Source: Heptranchias perlo
Lineage: Eukaryota
Assembly (NCBI RefSeq): GCF_035084215.1
Contig: NC_090336.1
Span: 31,806,001 to 31,870,000, forward strand
Reading direction: 5' to 3'
Length of the DNA: 64,000 nucleotides
Shown: positions 35,250 to 46,974 of the stretch, one piece after another
How the letters are laid out: each line of letters starts with the position of its first letter
Position numbering within the stretch: position 1 is the first letter of the stretch
Made by a program: the position numbers and the translations under genes
The notes under the pieces: model-generated
Seen by the model: only the letters and a program-made list of their open reading frames with translations
Database searches by the model: none
Told to the model about the DNA's origin: nothing

Positions 35250-38200
35250 CTTGTGTACATCATCTAACCCCTAAATTATTACATCTTCTAAATACTTTCC
35301 GTGTGGAAGGAGTAAGCATGCTGGCTGGCTCTAGCATTTCAGGGACAGGAAGCCAGGACTCTGGAGGTCCTATACCTCACTGGTGGTCCTTTAGCTGTTT
35401 CATGCAATGGTCCTGCAGCAGATTCAGCCATGTACACTGCTGTTATGGCTGACTGGTCTAGCCCATTCTGTGGCACACCTACTATCACTTACATGGATGC
35501 CAGATGGGCCAGATGCAGAGGCACCCTGAGAGGCAGAAGCCTCTTCTGTATCCATTTTAGCCATGCACCACTGCTGGACACTCCCTCGGCATGTCCACTG
35601 ACACATGTGGGAGTAGACGTGTGGGCAGCAGTGAGGTCTGTGAATCTTTGCCTCAAGGTGCTCTCTATCCAATCATCCAGCATATTGAAGCAGACAAGAA
35701 AGTCTGTTTTAGTTTTGAGCTCATGGCATTTGTAGCACCTGTCTGAGCATTCATGGGAGATACTTTCAATGTGCTCAGGACCTGTGCCACGGAGGGCTAT
35801 GTTGCAGATGCGAAAGATGATGCCAGAATTTGCATGGTAGACTGCTGCAGAGCAAAAAATCATTTATCTCTGACTGTAGATCCAGCTAATTGAGTCCTCC
35901 ATACTCGTAGGCCAGACCTTGCAATGTTTTTGCATTGGCACAAATGATTCCTGCAGATGATCCTGCTCAGAGATCAGCCTCCTTTTCTAAGCAGATCCTA
36001 TGAGTTCCTAGGTGCTATGTCAGAGGCAGAAAATATGCTAACTCTGCAGGCAGCAGGTGCCTGCTCTTTAGCTGTTACCAGCACTTGCTCCTCACCCTTG
36101 CACATTGACTTACCCAGTAGAAGTTCCTCAAACTCTCTATCTAAGTTCGTCCAGTGTTTATATAGCTCTGCTGGTGCTTGGCAAAGATAGTGAGAGTAAT
36201 GTAGGGTGTTGTTTGGTGCTAGCTTCCTTAGGGACACTGATTCTCTATTTTGTCATGCCCAGAAAAACTGAAAAGGAACAATATCAAAATATTGCCTTAA
36301 AGAAACACCTTCAAGCAATCCCTGCATTGCAATCTATTGTTTGAGAAGTTATTGAAGCTGCCCATTAGTGATTGAGTATGGAGATAAGACAGAACAAGAC
36401 AGAATGGTATTAGATCTGAAGTTGCAGGAGGTCTCCAGCTTCAAACATCCCTATTCCCTCAGTGCTCTCATATCCAACGATGTCCCAGGTGGCCTCCTCA
36501 AATGGGCTCTACTCCAGATCTCATCTACTCCTTTCTATTTTACGTCTTTTTGTCCTACATGCAGAATCGGGGAAAACTCTCCAGTGACTGGAGTCATACC
36601 TAGCACAAAGGACGATAGTAGTGGTTGTTGGAGGCCAATCATCTCAGCCCCAGGACATTGCTGCAGGAGTTCCTCAGGGCAGTGTCCTAGGCCCAACCAT
36701 CTTCCGCTGCTTCATCAATGACCTTCCCTCCATCATAAGGTCAGAGTGGGGATGTTCGCTGATGATTGCACAGTGTTCAGTTCCATTCACAACCCCTCAG
36801 ATAATGAAGCAGTCTGTGCCTGCATGCAGCAAGATCTGGACAACATCCAGGCTTGGGCTGATAAATGGCAAGTAACATTTATGCCAGACAAGTGCCAGGC
36901 AATGACCATCTCCAACAAGAGAGAGTCTAACCACCTCCCCTTGATATTCAACCGCATTACCATCGCCGAATCTCCCACCATCAACATCCTGGGCATCACC
37001 ATTGACCAGAAACTTAACTGGACCAGCCATATAAATACTGTGGCTACAAGAGCAGGTCAGGGGCTGGGTATTCAGTGGCGAGTGACTCACCGCCTGACTC
37101 CCCAAAGCCATCTACAAGTCACAAGCCAGGAGTGTGATTGAATACTCTCCACTCACCTGGATGAGTTCAGCTCCAATAACACTCAAGAAGCTCGACACCA
37201 TCCAGGGCAAAGCAGCCCGCTTGATTGGCACCCCATCCACCACCCTAAACATTCACTCCCTTCACCACCGGTGCACAGTGGCTGCAGTGTGTACCATCTA
37301 CTAAATGCACTGCGGCAACTCGCCAAGGCTTCTTCGACAGCACCTCCCAAACCCGCGACCTCGACCATCTAGAAGGACAAGGGCAGTAGGCGCATGGGAA
37401 CACCATCACCTGCATGTTCCCCTCCAAGTCACACACCATCCCGACTTGGAAATATATCGCCGTTCCTTCATTGTCGCTGGGTCAAAATCCTGGAACTCCC
37501 TTCCTAACAGCACTGTGGGAGAACCTTCACCACACGGACTGCAGCAGTTCAAGAAGGCGGCTCACCACCACTCGCTCAAGGGCAATTAGGGAGGGGCAAT
37601 AAATGCTGGCCTCGCCAGTGATGCCCGCATCCCGTGAATGAATACAAAAGAAGATAAGTATTCTTAAATTGTGTAAGTTTAGGTAGCACGGACAGCGACA
37701 AACAACATCCCATCCTCCATCTTGTCTGACACTAAGCGCACATGCAGCTAGGTTGGTTTACAAGGATTTCTTATGTCAAGTCACTTTAAGATCTTTTAAG
37801 TGCCCACAGTTTGAGTTATACAATTGCGGTTACATTTCTTGCAAGCTGCAATATTGCCACACATGGTAAGCATTCAGTGTTCTGTTTCTTACAGCAAGGC
37901 TCCACAGAATAATCTGCTACTGGTTATTATGGTTCAGCACAAAATGATTTATGGGTTATGAGGGTTCACTTTGTGACATATGTACTTGGAACAGGTGCTT
38001 GGAAATGAAAACTTTACTGTAAACTTACCTTAGCTGCTTGTTTGACATCAGCTGACTTCTTCCTGATATGTGTCCAGGTCTGCTGTGTTCTGGAGTGGTT
38101 TGTTCTCAAGCCTGCTGTACTGGATGCTTCTGAAGGTGCTCTTCATTTCCACAGAGAACTGACCTGCTTGTCCCTTATTTGCTGGATGATCACCTTTAGC

Positions 38201-38300
38201 CCCCATCACCAACAAGGCACTTATGAGCCTGAGTTGCCTGCATTTTCCAGAGATACCGCAAAGTAAACTGCTGACCAGCTCTCCACAGTGAAAATCAGGG
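35250..38300 (-). mobile_element. Highly degraded Harbinger Myb/SANT gene relic interrupted by LINE B
   Basis: Minus strand near 38030-38090 reads ..TWTHIRKKSADVKQAAK|GTAAGT, like the end of Myb exon 1; downstream exons only weakly recognisable. Confidence 0.4.
36564..37653 (+). mobile_element. LINE family B, 5'-truncated
   Basis: GVPQGSVLGP, MFADD, frameshifts; tail CGCATCCCGTGAATGAATACAAAA. Confidence 0.92.
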
Positions 38301-38397
38301 GTGTAAATGCCTCCTTGACGTAGTTATGATCTGCTCAGCTTTGTTGTTACATTTGTCATTCCACTGGAGTACTGTGTACAGTTGTGTGCTCACTGCT

Positions 38398-39610
38398 ATA
38401 GGAAGGATTTTGAGGCAAAAGAGTGGATGCAGCACAGATTCACTAGGATACTGCCCGGTAGGAGGAAATAGGATAAAAGACTTGAAAAACTGGGGCTCTT
38501 TTTGTTAGAAGAGAGGAGGTTATGGGGTGATTTGATTGAGGTGTTTAAAATTATGAAGGGATGGCTAAAGTAATTAGAAAGAGACTGTTTCCAGTGACTG
38601 AGGGACCTAAAAGGAGGAAACACAGATATAAGATTAAATGTAAAAGATTTAGGACAGAGAGTAGGAGAAACCTTTTTACACAGAGGCTTGCGAGGCTGTG
38701 GAATGTGTTGGTGATTGAAGCAGAGACCATTTTAACCCCCCAGGATGGGCAGGAGGGGTGCGGGGTTGGGGAAGGCGTTAAATTCTGTTTCACCAGAATG
38801 GGTTGGGGGGGGGGGGGTGGGCGGGCGAGTAACCTGCTCTCGAGACACGGGTCAGTAATTTAAATATGTTAATGAGGCTGCGAGCCTCAGATTTTGTCAA
38901 CCATTTGGATTTAACGGCTGCGGGCCAGGTTTCCCAGGGCATGGAAATCCGGCAGCTAAAGGGAGGCGAGAACTGCCAGATCCAGCAGGTAAGTGCTTTT
39001 CCAGCACTGCTTGTGGGCCAGGAGGAGCAGAAGTGCTTCCCCCCGGCCCCTCAAGCTAACCTGCTACGATCGGCCTTCCTCCCTATGATCCGACAAACCG
39101 CCCCCCCACCCCGAACCACGGGATCTCCCAGCCAACCCGTGATCTCTTCTCCCCCACCCCCCCACCGCGATATCTCCCCCCTTCAGCGATCCCTCCCTCC
39201 CTTCCTCCCTCCCTCCCTCCTCTCCGGTCGTTGGCTGCGACCTTGTACCGCAGGTCTTCCCACCTGCCAGGCAGCCAGCCTTTCAATCTGACTGACTGCT
39301 GGCAGGGAAACTGAGAAAAAAAATTCAAACGAGGTCCTGCCGTTAAATTCGGCAGGACCTCCGCGTTCCCTGTACTTCCGGGTTTCCCGGCCGTTACAAG
39401 TCGCCCTTGCTTCCTCTCCGCCTCCCCGTAAATATCGGGGCCCATGTGAATGTTTAAGGATAGATTAGATAGGTTATTGAAAGAAAGAAGGATAAAAGGA
39501 TATAGGAACAGGATGGGCACCTGGGATTATGACTATTGCTCATATGCAGGATAAACTCCAACACGGACTGGTTGGGCCGAATGGCCTGAATCCATGTTGT
39601 AATTTCTATA
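38398..39610 (+). mobile_element. CR1 3' fragment split by a MITE
   Basis: RRNLFTQRLARLWNVLVIEAET continues after 39445 as ..FKDRLDRLL; tail GGGCCGAATGGCCTG...TTCTAT. Confidence 0.8.
38731..39442. mobile_element. Harbinger-type MITE, left TIR incomplete
   Basis: Flanked by CAT/CAT; right end AATATCGGGGCC; interior homologous to the 19062 and 62.7-kb elements. Confidence 0.7.
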
Positions 39611-40599
39611 TATAATTAACCAGCCCACTGTGTGGGCATTGTAACGCAAAGTTTACTCCTTCTACTGAAACCAGCAATTTCATGGGTTAATAGGCAAGTA
39701 TTCATTCCCAAAACTTATGTAGCTCACAGGCTAATCCTAAATAACATTCCAATAACAATTTTCTAGGCTTATGAATGAGTGTGTGTTTGTATGTATGTGT
39801 ACATGCAACATAAATACCTAAAGAGCAGAAGACACGCAGAGAGGTAGTTACAGGAAGAGACCGGCAATTATTTTTTGTCTGAAGCAAGAGAAGCAGGTGG
39901 AATGTTGGAGGAATAACTCGGCAGCCAACTTCTGCCCCTATGCACCCTGACACTGCCCGGAAACAGATGGTAATGGGGAGCAACATTTAGCTCCATAAGT
40001 CTAGATATTAATTTGAAAAACGGAGGTACTTAAAACAGCTGCAAAATGAGATACAAGGAACAGACATACAAACGAAATAATAAATAGAAGCAGAGAAGGA
40101 AAGGTTGGAGTAAACTGGAAATCAAATGTAAAAAATGCATTAAGAAGGAATTCTTATTTTCTTCAATTTTTAAAATTGCTGATTTTTCACTTTTTCTTCC
40201 ATCAGAGTTCATATTTCTCTTTCAGTTGCATTTGTTTTCCATTTTGTAATCCTCTGGTTAGACACGGTAGCTTAATTTTTCATCATTTTCTACTTTCCTG
40301 TTTGTTCTTTCGCCATTTGGCCAATATGCCTTTATTTCATTGCACAATTTGCATTCTTTCCTCTGGAGTTTTTTTTTCCAACTTCCATTCCTGTTCTGTT
40401 TTCATTTTGGGAGATAGATCAATCCAGATCGATGCAGGCTGCTTTCATATCCGGAATGAGAAAAGGCCATTGTGGCAAAAGAACTTTGGGCATTCCTTGG
40501 ATAGGAGAAGCAATGAATGGCAGGTAGAAAAAATGAGCAAGAGCAGGGAATAGGGGCCCTTATGTCCAGCAGACAGTGGGCAGGCAAACAATGCCTAAT

Positions 40600-41268
40600 C
40601 TTCAGTGCTGATCAGCTCAGGTCAATAACTTTCGTCAAGAAAGACGGATAATGCAATTGCCCGCCTCGTCTGCTTTTCAAGCATTTTTATGAATAATCAG
40701 GTCCTTATCTTGACAATCACATCTGATCTATGCTGTAGTGAATATAGAATGACAGAGTAGGAAATAGGGTGAATTAGAATTTAAATTAAATACAGAAAGA
40801 GAAATAAAGAGAGGGATAGAAAGAGAGTGGATTAAGAGGGAAAAAAGACAGAAAAGAAAAGTAATTTTAAATTTTAAGTTTAAAAAACCTCTAGGAACAA
40901 TTTACCACCTGTGGGAGTGAGACTCCACAGTTTCACTGTTACCTTTCTGGGTCTCCAAGGTTGAGCGGCATGTCAGGACCATAAATCATGTCATTAACAG
41001 GGTCCTTACGACATGAATTACCAGCCCTAAATGGCTGTGGCGAGATTAATTCGTATTAACGGCAAATCCAACAATTTCGTGACACACAATGGTAATTTTT
41101 TCGGTTTTGGCGAGGCCAATGGCGGAGTGGTGCAAATTGTCCAGCAATCTGTGGTGAGTCAGAATTTGTGACGTATCTCTCATTTGCCACAAATTGTTGC
41201 GTTTTGTATGGGCTAATAATGATGGGCGTTGTGAACTCGCCATTATTGTTCCAGCAATTTCTGGTCCA
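40600..41268. mobile_element. Non-autonomous DNA transposon fragment
   Basis: Terminus on minus strand GGACCAGAAATTGCTGGAACAATAATGGCGAG resembles the terminus at 45036. Confidence 0.5.
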
Positions 41269-41289
41269 AAATAACTGCATCTCTTGCTC

Positions 41290-41450
41290 CCATAAACAGC
41301 AAATGAAGCACCGGATAATGTGTTTCTGGCGGTGTTAGTTGAGGGAAGAATGTTCGTCAGGATATCAGGAGAACTCCCATCTTTCTTTGAAAATGTTCCA
41401 TGGGATCTTTTACATTTTTCAGAATAGGCTGATGGGGGCCTTGGTTTAAC
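41290..41450 (-). mobile_element. Deu-type SINE central fragment
   Basis: GTTGAGGGAAGAATGTT...CCATGGGATCTTTTAC...CCTTGGTTTAAC matches 20235-20325. Confidence 0.6.
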
Positions 41451-41889
41451 ACTGCCAGTCACAAACTTCCAAAAGCAAAAAGTACATGAAAGAAAGTGCG
41501 ACTTCATCTTAGAGAACTTACATTTTTTTCTTTTCCAGACTGACTTCTCGGAGCACTTGATGTTTTTGCACCCACGGTTGATGGGAGAGAACAAAGACCA
41601 AATGACAGGAGGAAAAAGAAAGTGATCACCTCAGGTTCTTTTTCCTCCCATCATTTGGTCTTTTGTTCTTTCCTGGATTCTGGAAGGACTCTCTTGGCAT
41701 TTTGCCTTTAATAATTCAGCCCCAAATTGTAATCCTCAATACAGTCAGGCACTTTGGTGGTTGAGGAAAAAAATTAAAACTTTTTAAAGAGTTTAATCTA
41801 TATTTATTAACTAAGTAATATTGCACGTTCCCTATCTAATGAAAGCCTATAGACCCTTATTTAATTAAATTAATGCATCTGTATGCAAA

Positions 41890-42575
41890 GAACAATTAAA
41901 CTCTGTTTGACCTCACCTTATCTTTACGAAACAGCATTAAACTGTCCATCATGAAGACCTCAAAACATTGCCCTTTTCTGCTGTTACTTTAGTCAACTGA
42001 TGCTGAAACCTCATGTATGTCTTCATCACCTCCGTGTTCAACTTCTCCATAGGTCTTCTTGCTGGTCTAAATTGTGCCCGATATAAACTTCAAATCAGCC
42101 ACCAACATCCTATCCTGCACTAAGTCCCAGTCCCGTATCAACCCTGTCCTCGCAAACCTCCACTGCTTCCCCATGCCCCACTCCCCCCCAATGCACTGAA
42201 TTCAAAGACCCCATCCTCATTCACAAATCCATCGATGGCCTTGACCCTCCCTACCTCTGCAACCTCCTCCAGCCCCACATGCCAGCTCTTCTGACTTTTG
42301 CTTCCTTTGTATTGCACTTCCCTCTGCTCTATCTTCAGTGGCAGAGCCATTAACTACTTTAGCCCTTCAATTTGGAATGTTCTTGCCAAACCCCTCTGCC
42401 TTGCCACCTCTCCCTTAACTTCAGAAACTTTCTTAAAATCTATTTCTTTGACCAGTCCTTTGGGCAATTCCTCTAATTCTTCCTTTACCACTACTCAGTA
42501 TCTGTTTTTTCCTTTATGAAGTACGAGGGACATTTTACTAAAAGTGCTATAAAATTTAAGTTGTTCTTGTTGATC
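41890..42575 (+). mobile_element. Degraded L2 LINE 3' fragment
   Basis: GATGCTGAAACCTCATGTATGTCTTCATCACCTCC (AETL..F.TS-like), PVLANLH..P, tail GTGCTATAAAATTTAAGTTGTT. Confidence 0.6.
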
Positions 42576-42824
42576 TTTAAACTGAGTTGCTACTTCTACA
42601 CCATTGTGATCATGATTTGGCTGAAAATAAGAATAAAAAGTGATAAATGGATGAGAAACCTTAACTTACAATTTTACACTGTATCAATGATCACTTTTAT
42701 TCATTTCGCTGCCTGTGAGACAGTCATTTAATACAGCAACTTTTAACAGTCCGCAGCAGTTCATACTGCTTCAGAATTCACTGGCATAAATGTACTTTGG
42801 GAGGTGCATCCCATTGAGGAACCA

Positions 42825-42945
42825 TAGAATCAGAGAATGATGCAGCACAGAAGGAGGCCGTTCAGTCTTTTTGAAAGAGCTATCCAATTAGTCCCACTCC
42901 CCTGCCCTTTCCCCGTAGCTCTGCAAAATTTTCCCCTTCAAATAT
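42825..42945 (-). mobile_element. CR1 3' tail
   Basis: Near-identical to 22830-22960. Confidence 0.7.
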
Positions 42946-43229
42946 AAGCCTAACATCTCTGCAGAAAGTTAGCAAAATGTAAGATTGTCACTAGAACTTG
43001 TGAGTTGCTTGAAGGGATAGGTACAATTCCTGTCACCACTGAGACAGTCTCCATATAATTGTGAATTGGTTTGTTGGAATAAAGTATTTTTAAAAATGAA
43101 ATTCTGATTTAATTTTGATTGAGATAATGCAAGTTTTTGGCATATTTTGTGTTTCAAAATAATTCATCTTTGCCTTTAAAGAGCAATTAATAAAGTTTCT
43201 CCTTTACTATGTGCTTGAAGAAGAAAAAT

Positions 43230-43342
43230 ACTAAAGGGCAGGGAAATAAGATGCGAATAGATTGCTCTGATGTGCAGCTAGCATGGCACAGGCACGACAG
43301 ACCAAATGGCTTACTTTTGTGCTGAAATTTCTATAATTCTAG
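43230..43342 (+). mobile_element. CR1 3' tail
   Basis: GGCACAGGCACGACAGACCAAATGGCTTACTTTTGTGCTGAAATTTCTATAATTCTA. Confidence 0.6.
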
Positions 43343-43385
43343 GATGTTATTAGATTTGAAATTTTAAGAAAGTATTCACAATACC

Positions 43386-44982
43386 ATGTGTTATCAAGAA
43401 ATGGCTGAGTGCACTGGATACAGCTAAGGCTATGGGCCCCAACAACATCCCAGCTGTAGTGCTGAAGCCTTGTGCTCCAGAACTAGCTGCGCCTTGAGCC
43501 AAGCTGTTCCAGTACAGCTACAACACTGGCATCTACCCGACAAATTGGAAAATTGCCCAGGTATGTCCTGTCCACAAAAAGCAGGACAAATCCAATCCGG
43601 CCAATTACCGCCCCATCCGTCTACTCTCAATCATCAGCAAAGTGATGGAAGGTGTCGTCGACAGTGCTATCAAGCGGCACTTACTCACCAATAACCTGCT
43701 CACCGATGCTCAGTTTGGGTTCCGCCAGGACCACTCGGCTCCAGACCTCATTACAGCCTTGGTCCAAACATGGACAAAAGAGCTGAATTCCAGAGGTGAG
43801 GTGAGAGTGACTGCCCTTGACATCAAGGCAGCATTTGACCGAGTGTGGCACCAAGGAGCTCTAGTAAAATTGAAGTCAATGGGAATCAGGGGAAAACTCT
43901 CCAATGGCTGGAGTCATACCTAGCACAAAGGAAGATGGTAGTGGTTGTTGGAGGCCAATCATCTCAGCCCCAGGGCATTGCTGCAGGTGTTCCTCAGGTC
44001 AGTGTCCTAGGCCCAACCATCTTCAGCTGCTTCATCAATGACCTTCCCTCCATCATAAGGTCAGAAATGGGGATATTCGCTGAAGATTGCACAGTGTTCA
44101 GTTCCATTCACAACCCCTCAGATAATGAAGCAGTCCAAGCCCGCATGCAACAAGACCTGGACAACATCCAGACTTGGGCTCATAAGTGGCAAGTAACATT
44201 CGCGCCAGATAAGTGCCAGGCAATGACCATCTCCAACAAGAGAGAGGCTAACCACCTCCCCTTGACATTCAACGGCATTTCCATCGCCGAATCCCCCACC
44301 ATCAACATCCTGGGGGTCACCATTGATCAGAAACTTAAATGGACCAGCCACATAAATACTGTGGCTACAAGAGCAGGTCAGAGGCTGGGTATTCTGTGGT
44401 GAGTGACTCACCTCCTGACTCCCCAAAGCCTTTCCACCATCTACAAGGCACAAGTCAGGAGTGTGATGGAATACTCTCCACTTGCCTGGATGAGTGCAGC
44501 TCCAACAACACTCAAGAAGCTCGACACCATCCAGGACAAAGCAGCCCGCTTGATTGGCATCCCATCCACCACCCCAAACATTCACTCCCTCCACCACCGG
44601 CGCACTGTGGCTGCAGTGTGTACCATCCACAGGATGCATTGCAGCAACTCGCCAAGGCTTCTTCGACAGCACCTCCGAAACCCGCAACCTCTACCACCTA
44701 GAAGGACAAGAGCAGCAGGTACATGGGAACAACACCACCTGCACGTTCCCCTCCAAGTCACACACCATCCCGACTTGGAAATATATTGCCGTTCCTTCAT
44801 CGTCACTGGGTCAAAATCCTGGAACTCCCTTCCTAACAGCACTGTGGTAGAACCTTCACCACACGGACTGCAGCGGTTCAAGAAGGCGTCTCACCACCAC
44901 CTTCTCGAGGGCAATTAGGGATGGGCAATAAATGCTGGCCTTGCCAGCGACGCCCACATCCCATGAACAAATTTTTTTTAAA
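43386..44982 (+). mobile_element. LINE family B, 5'-truncated RT with frameshift and stop
   Basis: ANYRPI, DIKAAFDRVWH, GVPQ, IFAED (mutated); tail CACATCCCATGAACAA. Confidence 0.93.
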
Positions 44983-46974
44983 TGAAGCTGTAGACCAATA
45001 CTGACATGTTAACATCACCTTATGGAAAACACAATGGGCCGGATTTTGCTCTGAAAATAATGGTGAGGCTAACAGGGCTCATTGTTATTTCAGTGCATCT
45101 GGTACCGCAACTTCTGGCGACCGCACAAGTGCAGTCAAATGCGGAAATCCAGAAGTTGTTCTACTGGATACCCTGCTCCTCCGTAAGCTTCCCGAGAACC
45201 GCATCTCGCCGGCTGACTCATTGTTCAAATGAATGGATCAGCATAAAGTTGCTGCACTGCCCTGATGGAGATGAACTAATCTCACCAAAAAAAAGGGTAC
45301 GTCAAGCTTTTAAAGTCTGAGCACACTTTTAACAGCATGGTAAGCCTTAATTACTGCGAAACAGCCTCTCTGGCACTGAAAATTAATTTTTATAAGTGTG
45401 GCCCTCCAGCTTCATTTGCCTAAAATAGGCAGGTTACCGCACTACTCGTGCTGTTCATTGGCAGCTCGCCTAATGGTGAGGGCGGGGGGGGGGGGGGGTT
45501 GGGACTATCGGGTCTCCCTGACGCCATTTAAAGGCAGCTTGCACCTCTTAAAGGGGAAATGCACTTTGGCTGCTATGAGCTATAATTACAGATTTCTACA
45601 AATGGCAGGCAGAGGAGGGGCTGGAAGGGCTCCCTTGTTTTTGGACGCTGCTTTGGAGGTGCCGGTGGGCCATCTTAATCCTCATTCCCTTCTGACTGAA
45701 ATCTCACCCTCACACACTGTGCAAAACAAAGTGCTGCTGCTTTGAGCAGCCACTCATTTGTCTCTGCTTATCTTTGCCATTGAATGCTAACTCTTGTCCC
45801 TCTCTTCCATTTCATGTCCAGTAGCTCAACAGGGCCCTGAGGGAGCAGAGGGAGAAGAAGGCAGCGTAGTTGAAGTTGAAACATCACCCAGCCTTACCCT
45901 TGCAGGCATCAGCTCAGAGTCTAGCACCCTGCGTAGTTCACAGGGTAGGCTAGAGGGGTCTGCACTGGGAGATGCACCCAGCACTAGGGGGATAGGATGG
46001 CCCAGGAAGCAGCTCCACAGAGGTTGAGCTCACATTCTAGCCTCTGCTGCAGAGGGCACAGATGAAGAATTCAAGGCCTAGCCTGCAGAAGAAGACTAAT
46101 GGCTATACACCAGGACCTTCCAAGTGCACTGGCCTGCTGACCAGTGAGCCTGCACACAACATTGGAGAGCATGGAGAGTCCAGTTCCAACTTGTCTGGGG
46201 CCTTTGAGCATGGAATCGAGACCATGCAGTCAACCATGGAGCGAGTGGTCAGCTCTATGAACATTGCAGGGGCCCCCACAGTGATGGAGCCTCTGGTGAC
46301 AGCTCTGAAGCTTCGGTGGGAGCTCAGACTGATGCCATCCTGGCTCTGGGGACCAGCATCTCTTCAGGCTATCAAGCCATGAAGGGGAGCCTGGGTAGTG
46401 GCTTAGAGCGTGTCACATCACTTCTGAACCCTGTTCTTGTATGCTGCCCCATGAGATTGGCATTGGCTCCATGGGAGAGGCACTGCTTCGAATGACACCT
46501 GCCAGCTTCTCAACCAGTGCCCTTGTTGTGTGCCCGGCAGCCAGCTGGACCAGATTGACCTGGCTGACGCCAAGAAGCAGCAGTCTGCAGCCAGGTCCTT
46601 AATGCTATGAGCTCCTTAAGGTTGCCCACCATGACTACCTCAAGTGCCCTCGTCGGAAGTTCTGCAGCCTTGCATCTCCCAAGTTGTAGCCAGTGGGGAA
46701 CCACCTCATATGCGCACTTAAATAGATAAACGAACACACAAGACAGGCACCAGGCATTGCACAAGGTGATTTTTAGTTTTCTATCTTCAATATAAGCATT
46801 TGTCATATGAAGAGTGATGAAGTATGTTGGAGTAATAAACTTTTTTTTTGGATTGCTGTTGGTCTTGATAGTCATAGCAATATAACAGCAACACCCATAA
46901 AGTTGTACTGATTGAGGGCATTCAGATGGTGGGTGAGATGATAGCAGGCACTGTTGGGGAGGGGAGGGATTCTT

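Noticed and set aside
44118-44881. Recurrent antisense ORFs in LINE B and CR1 copies
   Set aside because: Shadow frames of RT coding sequence, repeated only because the copies are homologous.
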